A stretch of DNA of 64,000 bases from Camelus ferus. Taxonomy: Eukaryota. The translations under genes were made by a program, and so were the position numbers. Below the pieces are notes generated by a model. It did not search any database, was not told where the DNA came from, and worked only from the letters and a program-made list of their open reading frames with translations. The first letter of the stretch is position 1. The number at the start of each line of letters is the position of its first letter. This document shows positions 11,161 to 24,344 of this stretch, in pieces. Location of the stretch: positions 60,326,001 to 60,390,000 of the forward strand of contig NC_045700.1 in assembly GCF_009834535.1 (NCBI RefSeq), given 5' to 3'.

Positions 11161-13134
11161 AGGGAAAGGAGGCAGAGAGACGGCTGGTAGTTGGAGGGGA
11201 ATAACCAGTTATGTCAGAAAAGCGATGTTACACACCCGAATGAGTGCGGGAAAGGGTCAAGTTTGCAGGGGTCGTGCCCTCTACCTCTGATCATCTCTGC
11301 AGTGGGCAATGTTCCCTGCTCCCTGGGTACTGTTTTCCTCACTAGGATTAATGACTGAAGCCTGAGCTGACATAACTTGTGCTCTGGTCTTCTGGCTTAA
11401 TCAGAGTGTGGTAGTAATTCCAGGCTGACTTATGCTCACCCTTGAGTGTTTGTTACATCTTCCATTGCTACCACAGGCCCAGCGTTCACCCTTGGCTCAG
11501 AAGTCCCCTAGTCCTGCCTGAGTGGGTACCATGTTAGGAACATTGCTCTCAAATTGGAGACCATGCCATACTCAACGCAGGGTGGCTAAACTGAGACCCA
11601 GTGTCTCCTTTATTGTGCCATCCCGTGAGGTCTAGTTCACTTTTATGTGGAATGTTTCAACGTGATACAAAGTGGCTCACTTTCCACATTAAGCTGATTT
11701 AAGAAATATTTAACACAGAGAGACACACACAGTCCCGTGTCAAAGCCCAGAGCAGAAAATTAGCAGTATGTTCACTCTTTTCTCTACTTACCCACTCTCT
11801 CCCCCTTCTCCTGCCCTTAACTCCCTAGGATGGAAAGCGAGCAAATTTTATATCCGATCCCCATTCTACAAATGAACATCAAATCTTAAGCAAAGAAAAT
11901 ATATTTACATCACAAGAAAACTTTGTGATTTTGAACTCACTCCCTAGTTTTCCAGGCTAGATTGGTAAACTACTAAATGGGATAAAGGAGGAAAGTCAAA
12001 GAAATTGATCAAACTCATTCTTAAACTAATATCCTGTCCTCCAGAGTTACTGTCCTGCCAGCAGATAAATATCCTGGGCTTCAGGGGAAAGTTATCACGG
12101 TCAGAAAGGCAAATGACAAGAAAATTCAAAGGAAAGGGGCGATGGCGGGTCTATGCAGGCAGGTCTATGCAGGCAGGTCTTTCCCACAAGGAATGACGGG
12201 TGTTACCTCTCACCACACTGCTCTGCAGGCTCGGAATCATACCTTAACAGCGTAAGGGGATCTAGCTCCCTTAGGTGGACTCACATTGAAGTCCACATCA
12301 CTGATGAGTAAAACCTGGGTACCAGGTTGTTGATTTACAGTGTGAGTTTTAACTGCACATTTCTTTCCCCCAGCCAATGTATTTTCTTTCCCTGCAAGCA
12401 CGTTACATAGGAAGTGACGCTTTAATCAGAACATTGCTTGCTGAGCAGAGACTCCAAGCAAATGGAGTTAATTACACGACTGCAGTGTTTAATGTCATCA
12501 GGCTTCTCCAGCCTGAAGCATCCATCGCCATCATAGGACACACCTTCAAAAGAGACAACCTTAATTCTGGAAACTTCCTTTCCTCCTCAGAGCTGAGTGA
12601 GCCCTGAGCTCTGTCATCACAGATGTATCTCTAAGAAGCTCTTTTCAATGTTTCTGTGGGCAGCCAGCTCCCTTCAGGTGCACCTTTCTTTCTTCAGATG
12701 TGATGATATAGCACTTTCAATCAAGGTACAGGTTTTTCAGACGCACTGATTTTGCGTCTTCATTATTTATTGATTAAAAAGCTTCACTCAGAGCAATATT
12801 TCCAAACGTCCTTCATAATAAATATCACTTAGGGCCCTTTGTTTAAAATATATACACACACACACACACATTTCCAGGCCCTTCTCCTGAAGATTATGAC
12901 TTAGTAGGTCAGTGATTAGGGAGTAATTTGTACTATTAGCAAGTACTCTGGTGATTTTTATTTTCAAGGAGTTTGGAGAACCGTTGTTTTAAAGAACAAT
13001 CTAATAGACCTTATTTCTACGACTGGGCTCCTCATTATGGCCAGTGTACACCAACAACAGAGACATTCATTATACCCACACCTTTAGAAGCAGCTCATAA
13101 AATTGATCCCATCAGATCCGAGAGGCAGTATTAA

Positions 13135-13285
13135 ACAGGGATTTAGAAAATTGCTTCTCCAATTTAAGTGCACATGTGAGTCACCCAGGAACCGGACTGA
13201 AATGCAGGTGTTGATGAGTAAGACTGGGGTGGAGCCCAGGGCTCTGCATTGCTAATGAGCTCACTGCTGCTGCTCCTCAGACACA
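13135..13285. mobile_element. MER5A-like hAT-Charlie MITE (related fragments at ~12800-12990, ~14180-14350 and ~33664-33815)
   Basis: gagtcacccagg...aatgcag...ctggggtggagcccagggctctgcatt. Confidence 0.7.
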
Positions 13286-13339
13286 CTTGGAGGCGAGAGG
13301 GTGATCTTTGAACCAGCTGCCTTGGTTCAACTCTGTTTT

Positions 13340-13535
13340 GAAGTTCATAGTCCAGTCCTGAGGTTCACTTCCAGTTGCCCCAGCTGGGTGATCTTGGACA
13401 TTTTACTTATATTTTCTGTAACTCTGCTCTCTTGTTTTAAAAATGGAGATAATGCTAGTGTCTACTGCACAAAATTGTTGTGAAGACTGCATGGGGTTAA
13501 AGATGCTTAGAAAAGGCCCTTGTGGTAGGTTCTGC
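13340..13535 (+). mobile_element. MIR SINE
   Basis: gctgggtgatcttggac...aaaatggagataatgctag...tgtgaagact...atgcttagaa. Confidence 0.75.
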
Positions 13536-15389
13536 ATAAATGGTACCTCTCACTGATGTCTTGGTGCCATGGCTTGATTTCAGCTATCCAGGCCAGGAAT
13601 AAATGCAAATGTAAAAACGTTTTTCTTTATAGTGTATCTTCTAAAAGAAAAATCTTAAAGCAAACATCTTCTATGGAGGAAGTCTTGACTATTTTCACTT
13701 GACAGTTTTATGATGAACTTTCTGCATTTTGTTGATTCCAGGAAACCTCTTAACTGAGTTTCATTAAGCCCACTCTCCTTAAAGGATCTGTTCAAAGAGC
13801 AAAGAGTCACAGCAGATCTCTACTTGACAAAATGATTTCCATCTTGGTCTGAACCCCTATTCTTACAAAACTGTTCCTTCACTTTGTCTCTTCAGGTTAA
13901 ATTCTCCCAAGAAAGAATCGAAGTATAATCTTGTCTTTAAAAAGATAATTATCCTAATTTAAGATTATAAACTAAGCTCAATTTGGCACATACCAGAACT
14001 CAGTAAATTCTTGTTGAATAAATGAGTGGATGGACAAATGAAGGAATTAACATAATTCCTAAAAATCCTGTTTCAGCTTTCCTCTCAACAAAATCTAAGA
14101 GTAAGACTCACAATGTAATATTTTAAAGGGAGAAGAAAATCATTTTAGGCAAACCTTTTCCAATGGTACACTGTATCTCAGTGATTCTCAATTTGAGCTG
14201 CACATAGACGTTACCAGGGGAAATTATACTGATTTCAGTTTCACCTTTCTCTTGAAATTTGATTTAATTAGTCAGGGTATGGTGTAGCCACTGGGAGTTT
14301 TAAAAGGTCTCCAAGTGTTTCTAATGTGCAATCAAGGTTGAGATCCATGGTTCTTTCTGCTATGGATAATTGATATCTTACTGCAAATTTTCAAAAACAA
14401 TATATAACTCCTTAGAGTCTTATTACATTTATATCAGTCTTTGGTTCCATAGATAGAATTATAAATTGCATTGCTGCAATACAGATCCCAGGTACTAATG
14501 CCCTTGGAAAACTTGTATTATAGTCATGCCTTTAAAATTAGAATTGGAAAGAAGAGCCTTTTGAGACATCAAATAATGGTTTTAAATGATGTGAAAATCA
14601 AGTTATGCCCTAGCTTTTTTTTTTTCCTTTTAAATGTGTATTTTAAAAGTAATGGAGCTTTAAAAAAAAAAAATGGAAATGTTCCCAACTGCCATATACA
14701 AGAGGAAGACACAGCTGAGCTTGTCTGGAGTCATTTTCCAAAAGAAGCTCTTCCCAGCAACTCTGCTGTATAAGACTCTCATGATGAACATTCTTTTGCT
14801 TTTTTAGCCAGGTGGTTCTACAACACTTATAGGTAGTGAAACAGCTTCTAAAGTATTTGTCCCATCTGCTTCTGTCGTCGTAGCTCTATTCTTTCTTGTT
14901 TTCTTAAAATATAGCACAGAATATGAATCATGTTGAGCTGTTCTTAAAGAGGCTTTGTCTCAGCATCATACGTGAATCATTTAAATCCTACCTAACAATC
15001 CAGTTAGGGCATTAAGGCATTATGTTATGTGTCAGTGAGTAAGAACTACCCCAGAGAAATGAGTTTTCTTAGTAAATTACTTCAGAAAAATGGCAACACA
15101 GATGCATACTTTTATCTCTGTAAATTTTAGCAAAGAGTTAATGGTTCATTATAATATTTCAGCAAATTATTCTCTGTGAATTTAAGTTTTCAATTTTTAA
15201 AATGTAAGCATCTTTTAATAAAAGCAAGTAGTGCACCAACATAAGATATATTTTTTATATTTTTAAAGCTCCATTAAAGTAACATCACATAAATAGATGG
15301 ATTAGGATTTAGTAGCGGTAAAATCATGCTTCTAAGTTGAAAACAAAGAGAATAAAGCAGTAGTCCAGGGAAAATGGAGTCACTCAGGC

Positions 15390-15695
15390 TCCCTCACCGG
15401 AGATCCGGTGCCCGGTGACTCAGCTGTACTGTCCCGCATGCGCGGTACCCATGTAGTGGTATACGAGCGCGACTTGCACCACGCAAGCGCACTGGTTAGC
15501 TCCTATCGCAGTTGGCGGGCTGCCGGCTTCGTTTGCCTTGATACATAAAGGACTTTCCACCGCAGCTGCCATGGAAGCCTGTGTCCTGGTCCGCACGTCA
15601 GACGTACCTTCGGCTTCCAGAGTGTTCTTCTGTCTGCCGGAAGCCGAGAACCTGCCAGGCCTTGAGCGCTTGTAGTACAAGTGGGTATTTATAAA
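15390..15695. promoter_or_regulatory. Small CpG island with promoter-type motifs (NRF1, ETS, CRE half-site, YY1-like, TATA)
   Basis: I counted 23 CpGs in ~275 bp against a CpG-poor background. Motifs: CCGCATGCGC 15434-15443, CCGGAAG 15637-15643, ACGTCA 15595-15600, and TATAAATA on the minus strand at 15686-15693. Confidence 0.55.
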
Positions 15696-15949
15696 ATACT
15701 TCCTCTCATTCCTATTATGTTTTATTTCATTAATGTTTAAGTAAATTTAAAATTTTTGAATTAATATATTTCTGTGGTCTCCCTTAAAACTTAAAATATT
15801 ACAGATAAAATGAAAGTGATTTTGACACCGCTCCCAACCTGAGCTCCCTCATCTCCCCAGAGATAAGCACCGTAATGAGTTTAGTGCCGTTCACTCCAGA
15901 ACTTTGTAGTTCTAAATAACGTTCCAAATGTGCGCTCGTATGTACATTC

Positions 15950-16697
15950 TAATGGAATAGAGAAGCTGGCTCGAAGTCCAAACTCTGCTGGACCCAGCTT
16001 TACTGCAAAAACAGAATAACGGTAGATAAAATGCAAAAGATGAAACAAGACCATAACTGGACCCAGAAACAAGGTAAACAGGCTCATGGATCAGAAACAG
16101 CTAAATAAAAGCCAGGGTGAAACCAAGAGTAGTCATCAGTTAAATCCGCAACACCTGTAACCTGCCTCACTGCTCAAGCTGGCTTTAATTGTTGCTGTCA
16201 GAGACCTCCAGGCATCACGAACACACAATAAGATGTTTACCGAAGTTGATTTTCTGGGGCTTGGAGTCAGCTGGGTCTAGTTTGAGCTCCAGTCAGTTAA
16301 GACTGGTTAGGACCACCAGCCCGCCCAGCTAGGCATGCGTGAGTGTCTGCTCAGTGACCTTTTGATGTCAGAGGATGTCTCAGAGCACGTTGGTGCCCCC
16401 ATTTTCTGAACAAGCTGTCCATGAAGAAGCCAGTAGCTTGGCTGTGCCTGTGCTGAACCACGATTCTTTCACCTTTTTCTTATTTCCTAAGACCTTTTCC
16501 CACACTCCCAGGCCTCAGCTTTATCCCATAAATATCCCAACCCCCTGGACTTCGGAGAGGTGGATTTGAGATTTGTCCACCCCCCACCCCCACCCCCACC
16601 AATCTTCCTCCTGTATAAACCCCTTCTCTGCTGCAAACATTGGCATCTCAGTGTTTGGCTTGCTGCTCATCAGGCAAGCAAACCTGGTTCATTAACA
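15950..16697 (+). mobile_element. ERV1-type LTR (5' boundary uncertain)
   Basis: R/U5-like end (tataaacccttctctgctgcaaac...cctggttcattaaca) and TATA-like cataaata near 16527. Confidence 0.7.
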
Positions 16698-17029
16698 GCT
16701 GGTAGCTGAGACACTGGGTTTAACAGCAGGCAGTGGTGGCTCTGAACTAAGCCCCTGGGGAGGAAAGAGGACTAAAATGTCTTCAGATGAGATGAGTGGT
16801 ACCAGAGCTCAGGTACTTTAGCTCCCAAGTGAATCTCTCTTCTTTAAATAAAAACAATGACTTACCTTAGCATATGTAGAAAATCAGAGCCAGAGCGTAA
16901 ACATAAGATAGTTTGCAAATACCTCCCATAAAAGTGGAGGGAGCACATGGGAAAGGTCATGTGGGTGTTTTATAGTCTTCTTCCTCTATTTCTTTCCTTC
17001 CCTCTATGTACTGTTCCTTTCCTGGGACT

Positions 17030-18230
17030 TTTCATGGGTGGCCGTGGGATCTGTCTACCTCAGGGCAGATGAAATTGGGGTACAAATGTCTCCAGAGAAT
17101 TTTTAAATAATAGAACAAACTAAAAGACATTGTTTTTTATTTTCACCTAGCTCCAGCAAGTCCAAACTATGTCAGTGAGAAAATACTCCTACCTGAAAAC
17201 ATCTTTTGTCAATGTAAGTCCTGAACAATTGATGTTGTTACTACTGAGTCTTAATAATACATATGCAAGCTGCAAATTAGAAGTTTAAAAAAATTATTTA
17301 TCCTTTGATAAACATGGTATTCTACATGGAGGAAAATTTGGAGAACTCCCGGTTATATGTTCTGCATGATTCAGAATCTTTCCAGCTTTCATGGGTGCAG
17401 TTTCTGCCTCCATCACCTCTGGAAATATATATTCCCACGTTCTCACAGTAGGTTTTAAATAAACAATGAGAACACTAATTGTAAAGATGAAGGAACAGCA
17501 CTTGTTGTTCCAACTCTGTCATCCTGTGTAGCCACTTGGAGTTTTTATTTATGTTCAAATTTTTTTGACCCCACAGACATTTGAAGGCTGCTAGAATCAA
17601 TCCCAAAGACATAAAAATGTGTTAAGTATTGGAGTAGTTAAATTTACTGTGAAATGAAATTTTTATAAATCTCTGCCAAAATTTACTTTATTTTTAAGAC
17701 TTTTCCTAACTATAATTTTGCTTGGAGAGAAATATTTTGAAATTAAAAAAAATTTTTTTAATTGTTCTTTGATCAGCTATGAGTGAAGATAGATTAAGCA
17801 ATGTGGCTATACTTGATAACAAACTTAAATATGCAAAAATCTATTTTGATGGAGTCATTGACACATTTGTAGAAAGTGAGGTTTGAACACAGAAACCGTA
17901 CTGTTCACTGAGTGACAAAAAGCTAAAAAGATATTTTTTCCCTTTTTCTAACCAAAAAAAAGAATGAAGATCGTTAAAAAGTAACAATCCATTCGATTTT
18001 TTTCTTTAGTGAAATAATTTTATTTTATTTATGTTTATTAATTTTTTTTTTACTGGCATGACTATTTGTGAAATTCAATTAAAGATAAACCTTCACCATT
18101 TTCATTGCTTTTCTGGCTACTATTAGTTTTATTTTATGATAATTATTTAAAGTTATTTTGTCATATTGAGAAGGGAGATGTTAAAAAATGATTTGTTCTC
18201 AAAGTCAAATATGCTAGGTAGGCCCCTTTT
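17030..18230 (-). mobile_element. hAT-Tip100 DNA transposon remnant (MER97-like)
   Basis: The reverse complement of the right end (ggcctacctagcatatttgactttgagaacaaatcattttttaaca) resembles the MER97-type terminus as I recall it; internal region is AT-rich. Confidence 0.5.
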
Positions 18231-18509
18231 CATCCTACTGTCAAATCTCTGAATCCCAGAAGCTGATAGCTACAGATGTATTGATGTGACAAAAGTCATT
18301 GTTTTGAAAGTGAGAATGAGAGAGAAGGCTAATACTTTCAGCTTTATTTATATCAGAAAAGAATTAATTTTCCTAAAGAATTTTCAATTGATGGAATTAG
18401 AATTAGACCAGAGGTCAGAAGTGTATAGTCCAAAGACCAAAGATGTGTTTTACTTAATCTACACAATGTTATGGCAAAGATTAGAGTTAACATGATATAT
18501 TTTAGGTAT

Positions 18510-18740
18510 TGGCTTGAAATTCAAATTTCTGGTCTTGAAAAATTGCAAGATCCGACATCACTGGACCCTCCACCTTTTCGTGGCAGCAATTGGCTGGAGC
18601 TGCCTGTAGCTGCAGGTGTCAGTGGAGCATAAACCCCACTCTTCCCACAGGGTAGACAGAAGGATTTCCTCTGGCTGTGTTCGCTTCATCCTGTACCTGC
18701 CCTAAGAGACATTTGAAATTGTGACCCTGCCAAACCCCAT
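18510..18740. mobile_element. hAT fragment (MER102-like)
   Basis: tcaaatttctgg...ggcagcaattggctggagctg...catttgaaattgtgaccctg. Confidence 0.45.
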
Positions 18741-21109
18741 CAAGGGTATCCTCCTCCTGTCTTTTTGTCAGCTTTTCACCAAATGATGCTTATTGCATAC
18801 GGGCTTTCATTTATTCATTCATTCAACAAATATTTGTTGAGCATTTGCTATATTCTGGGCAGTAGGAATACAACAATGAACAAGACAAAGTATTTGCCTC
18901 TAGGAAACATGGTAATTAGGGAGAGGCCGGGGGGGACAGAAAACAAACTGGAAAACCAATGTGTAAGTAATATTTTCCAATAGTGAACAAAAGTAGCTGA
19001 GAGAGTAGAACAAGTTCTTGCTACATTATTCCTCCATTTTGTTGTGGGAGTGATGTATAATTTAGTTACATGCACATTGGAGAAGTTATTGATGTTGAAA
19101 TTTTGAGTAGAGAGGTTTTCCCTATTTGCAGGAATGGGGAATTGATTGTTTCATTTGCTTGCAAATATGAACTCTAAAAATAAATGGGAAAGCGTTGCCT
19201 GCTTGGCTGAGGAAACATAACTCTTCTTTAGCTTGAGAACGTGCTTTAGAAGCATGCATCCTGGTTTGCACAGGAAAGTCCTGGTTTACATCTGTGGGTT
19301 GAGCTTTAGCTACTCACAGTGGTCCTGGACACTCTCAAAACCGTTCACTGAATTATATAGTCATTCATTGAGACTACAGAAAATATTAAATAAATTATTT
19401 CAAAACTTAAAATTATATGGTTACACTGTTTATTTAGATAGCAAGGAAATATATAATTTAAATATTAATTACATCAAATACCATTAATCAAATGCATCCT
19501 AGTTTTGAATAAACAAAATACTTTCAGATATTACATATTTCCCAATAGGTAATGACTGCTGGTCTTGTGCTCATTTCATTGTTCGTTTCCTGTGTTAGGG
19601 ACTAGGCAGAAAGTTTGAGGTTGATAAATGTGAACTTGCTGCTTAGAAAAAGAGTATTAACACTAGAATATATGGATAAAGGAGGAAATGAAATTTCCTT
19701 CCAAGGGATGTTTTAATTGTTGGATGGATCACATCGGTTGAGGTTATGCAGCAGGTTTTATTTTATGCTAAAGGATGTACCCTGGCAATGGAATGATAAG
19801 TAGTTTGAACATGGGGTATTTAGGATGGTTTTCTGAAAGCTTATAGGAATTGTGCACAGGAAGTCTGGGAGCTAAGTAAGGGGTTCACTCAACTGTTTGC
19901 TTACATTCTTTAAGTGACTTAACAATAATCAAATATATCCACAGCAGCCAAACTGGAAAGAGAACGGTCCTCTAGAATCTGCTTCCATAGCCAAGATCCA
20001 AGCCTGCCTGGCACCTCCCTCCCACAAGCAGGTCCACAGCCACAGCTCCAGGTCCCAGCTTCTCTAAACAGTCTGTACAACATCCTTCTTTGAACTAAGC
20101 TCTAACTTCAAAATAAGCTTATTTTGCAGAAAGAGCAGCTTGTAGCCTACTATATGTTCAAATAGACAATGTAACAGAGAGGTCAAACAGCATTCTTCAA
20201 GAACAAACAATTTTCTTCAGTTTCTTGGAAAAGGAAGTCTATGCAGAGGATACTTTCCCTGGATCAATATTTGGAAGTGGTTACATTCAGGGTATAAATA
20301 TGATAATTCTTCTAATCATAAGAATGACCATGAAAATAAAGGAAAGTGGAAAAAAAAAAAGAACTAGAACAAAGAAACTAAAAGCAATTAAGACCTTTGA
20401 GTTGGGTGTGATTTTGATAAGTGTGTTTAAGTCTCATAGTAGATGGTCCTTGTTCTTAGTTCAAAATAAATTGGTTCACATGTTCGCTTTCTAACCACAG
20501 GGCAGATTTTTATCCTTAACCTCATCATCACCATTATTGCTGAAATTAGCAGGATAGGAGATCCCATTGCCCCCTTACCAATGCCATCTGTCCTTGGTAA
20601 AAAGATTTCCTCAAAAAAAGTTTGGTATTATTTTCCTTTCTTCTTTTCTCTGTCTTTCTCTTCCTTTCTTTCTTTTTTCCTCCTCCTCCCCCAGCTCCTT
20701 CTTCTCTGCCTTTGTCATCACAGATTAGAAAACCTATAGGGTACTTAATTATTAAAAACTTAATCAGTTTTTAAATATGTTTCTAATGTAAATAATTTGT
20801 TTTCCAAAAGAGTTTATCCTGGATAGTTTTTATTCAGTTACTTTAATAGTTCTTTTTAAAGGAAGATCACATTATCTAGTGTATTTTAGAGTCTAATTTT
20901 CATCAATTTCTGCAGATCTGAAATGCTTAAAAATTAAAAGAAAAATAAAACTTGGTCAAGTGTCTTAGAAATCATTATCTGGCTTTAAATAAACATAATG
21001 GAAGAATATCTGCACTAATTTATATAAACACATGGAAGACTGACAGTTTTTTTAAATTTATAGGATGAATAGATACAAAACTAAGCATGCTCTTACCACA
21101 CTATCAATC

Positions 21110-21810
21110 GTGCTCTCCAGTTTTTACCCAAAAGAGTCGAATACTTACATCCACACAAAAACCTTCACCTGAGTATTTCTAGAAGCTTTATTCATAATTG
21201 CCAAAACTTGTAAGCAACCTAGATGTCCCTCTGCAGGTGAATAGATAAATATGGTGCATCCAGACAGTGGAATATTATTCAGCACTAAAAAAGAAATGAG
21301 CTCTCAGGCTAAGAAAAGANNNNNNNNNNNNNNNNNNNNNNNNNNNNNNNNNNNNNNNNNNNNNNNNNNNNNNNNNNNNNNNNNNNNNNNNNNNNNNNNN
21401 NNNNNNNNNNNNNNNNNNNNNNNNNNNNNNNNNNNNNNNNNNNNNNNNNNNNNNNNNNNNNNNNNNNNNNNNGAGAGATGAATAGGCAGAGCTCAGAGGA
21501 TTTTTAGGATGGTGAAAATACTCTGTATGATATAATAATGATGAATGTACATCATTATACTTTTGTTCAAATATGTAGAATACACAACACCAAGAGTCAA
21601 CCCCAAGGTAAAAAATGGACTCTGGGTGATTATGATGTGTCAGTGCAGGTTCATCCTTGGTTAAAAAAAAAAAAGCACCACTCTGGTGAGTGTGTTGCTA
21701 ATAGGAGAGGCTATGCATATGTGGGGACAGAGGACATATGAGAAATCTCTATACCTTCCTCTCAACTTTGTTGTTGACCTAAAACTGCTCTATAAAGTTT
21801 AAAAGAAAAA
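21110..21810 (+). mobile_element. Old L1 3' end (L1MC-like), interrupted by an N-gap
   Basis: gctttattcataattgccaaaac...gatgtcc...aatgagctctcagg...cctaaaactgctcta. Confidence 0.85.
21320..21472. other. Assembly gap (153 N)
   Basis: Read directly from sequence. Confidence 1.
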
Positions 21811-21844
21811 ATAACTAATAGAGAATTGCTTACAATACTTTCTA

Positions 21845-21993
21845 GGGGGGAGGGTATAGTTCAAGTGGTAGAGCCCATGCTCAGTATGCATGAGGTCCTG
21901 AGTTCAATCCCCAGTACCTCCTCTAAAAATAAATAAACCTAATTATCTCCCCCTACAACAACAACAACCAAAACAAAAACAAAATAAATAAAA
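21845..21993 (+). mobile_element. tRNA-derived camelid SINE (vic-1-like, long-tail form)
   Basis: ggggagggtatagttcaagtggtagag...gttcaatccccagtacc (A and B boxes) followed by an A-rich/(CAA) tail. Confidence 0.88.
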
Positions 21994-24344
21994 TGAACCT
22001 TGAAAATAATTTATGTGCTTCAAGACAGGAAGAATACAAGCTCCACTCAGAGACGGTGAGGTGTTAACACTATGTGGCATAATTTTTCCAAGAATCACAT
22101 CCAAGTTCTGACATTTATGCTGAGACATGACGTAGTCAGATAAAGAGCAGTGGAAAATGATTCCAAGTAAAAGGGAGCAAAGCTGAAAATGCTGTGGCTT
22201 AATATCATTTTCTTCTTCCTATAAAACATGTATTTTAATTTAGTTTTATGATGCATCACTGACAATATCGACATACTATTTCTTTATTAAATCAAAGAAC
22301 CTATGTGTCCAATTTTGATTTTTTTTCCCTTCATTTATTTTAATTTAAACCAGAAGAAAGGAGATGACTGAGAAGTTTATAAAGTTGGAAATATACCTAC
22401 AGTGATCCATTAAAAAAAACTCTGAATGATCTTAATCATCATGCTAATTACCATCAGTTTAGTCCCCATCGCTTTTGGGTCCACAAGCAGGAGGAGCACC
22501 GTGAGTGGGGAACGCAGGAGGCATATCACTGTGACCTGAGGGAGAGGGAGCAGACCGTTCTGGCCCAGTGGTCTCCTTCCAGCCATGTCTTATGCTTCAC
22601 ATTTCAGAATTCTCCCTTGGCTCCTAAAGCAAAATAGACAAAGCGGACTGAAAGTTGAGGGCAGGACCTAGGATTCGTTCACTGCCGTGTCCCCAGTATC
22701 TGTCACTGTTTACACCACGGGTTCAAGAAACATTGACTGACTTACTGACTGACAGGAGGAATAATCAGATGCTGGGTTCTTAACAGTTGCTGCTGGTTCA
22801 GATACTCCATGGACTTAAACCCAGTATCTTAGGCTCAATGAGGCTGCAATGTTGTGTCTTGGAGGGCAAGCCATTTGTTCCTGTGAAAACTAACGACTGT
22901 TTTTAAGACCTTTGAAGCGGCCTGTTGGATGACACCCCGTCCCAGCAATTTGAATGTGATGCCAATCCTGTTTTCCATATGAGGTTCTGCGCACATTTTT
23001 AAAAGCATATTAAAATGTTCTGTGTTCTGTCACCAAGCAAATCCAGATAAAATTAGACATAAATATTCATTAGAACTTCCCTCCACCTCCCCTTAAAAAC
23101 CTTCTATTGAAATGGAGATTTTGACTTTCAGAATAACGAAGAATATAAAAGCCTTTATTCTTGAGAAATTAATAGATTAATAAAATGGTATTTTTCTGTT
23201 TTCACTAGGATGAGTTTGAGGTTTTTGGTTTTTGTTTTTTGTTTTTTAAGAAAATTTCGATGTGCTGTGCTTGTTTTCATCAGAAAAGTACTTTATCTTC
23301 CAGGGGTGGAATAACTCCTTAATAATGTGCTGTAACGTCTGTACTCTCTTTTAGCCCCCAATTAAATGCAGCCAGAATTGTATTCATGTTGGTGCTTAGA
23401 GGATACTTTGAACTCCTAAAATATAGGAGGCCTTAGACTCTGGTCCTTTGGTTGGAGACTTTCCAAACAAGTCATTTTAAACCCTCTTTGCAGCTCACAG
23501 AGTTGTTTTCTTTGCTTTTCCCTTAAAAGAGGGAAACAATAAAGGCAGTCATTGTGAGGAGTCCTAAATCCCTGCTTACACAGTGTTCTTGAGTCATATT
23601 TTGCATTAAAGCTTGTTCGTCTGGTATTTACTTTGAATAAAACTAGAAAACTACGAAGAGGAATATGCTTTCGGAATAGGAGCATTTAGAAGAAGGAGTA
23701 TCTTTGTTTTGGTGTTTTGTGTTCAATGTGGGATTCTTTGTAGTTGTCGCTTTTTTTCCTGAATGGAATTGTCCCACCCTTGGAAGATCTAGAAGCCTCC
23801 CCAGTGAATCAAGCCAAACGAAGAGAGATGACTTGATGTTGCCCTCTGCCCCTCAGACTGTGTCTGTGAAAGCTAGCTTTGGTTTGAACAAAACAGGTGC
23901 CCTGGTGTTTTCAGTTCTGCATCTGCTGTGGAACGTAATTATAGCACTGACGTCTGTTTAATCTGACTGGTTTCCATTATGCCTTTGTCTATGCTCAGGA
24001 TCTCGTTTCCTAATTATTTTACTAGTCAGTTGGTCTTTGGCACATTCCATTGAAAGAGTGCGATTTGGTTTCTCAATTCATCACATCCTATTGTTTTTTT
24101 ATTTCTTGGAATAGTAATATCACAATATTCTTTTCTTTTCCCCAGTTTGTTTAGAGGGGACTTCTAAAATTTACTTGAAAGAAATTCGAGAGGTTTAATT
24201 AGAATTACTCTGTGACTCTCTGATAAACTATCTGTAATGTATTGATACAAATTTCTTTGCAAAAACAAAAGTTTAAATAAAGTTACACTTAATTTTTAGT
24301 AACTTTATTTTACAAAATAGTGGCAAAATGTGATGTAAACTCTT

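Noticed and set aside
15441-15515. tRNA-like spacing (tgtagtggt...ggttagctcc) inside the CpG island
   Set aside because: No acceptor stem or D-stem could be folded and the B box is non-consensus. The only hairpin (cttgc-accac-gcaag) does not fit an anticodon arm.
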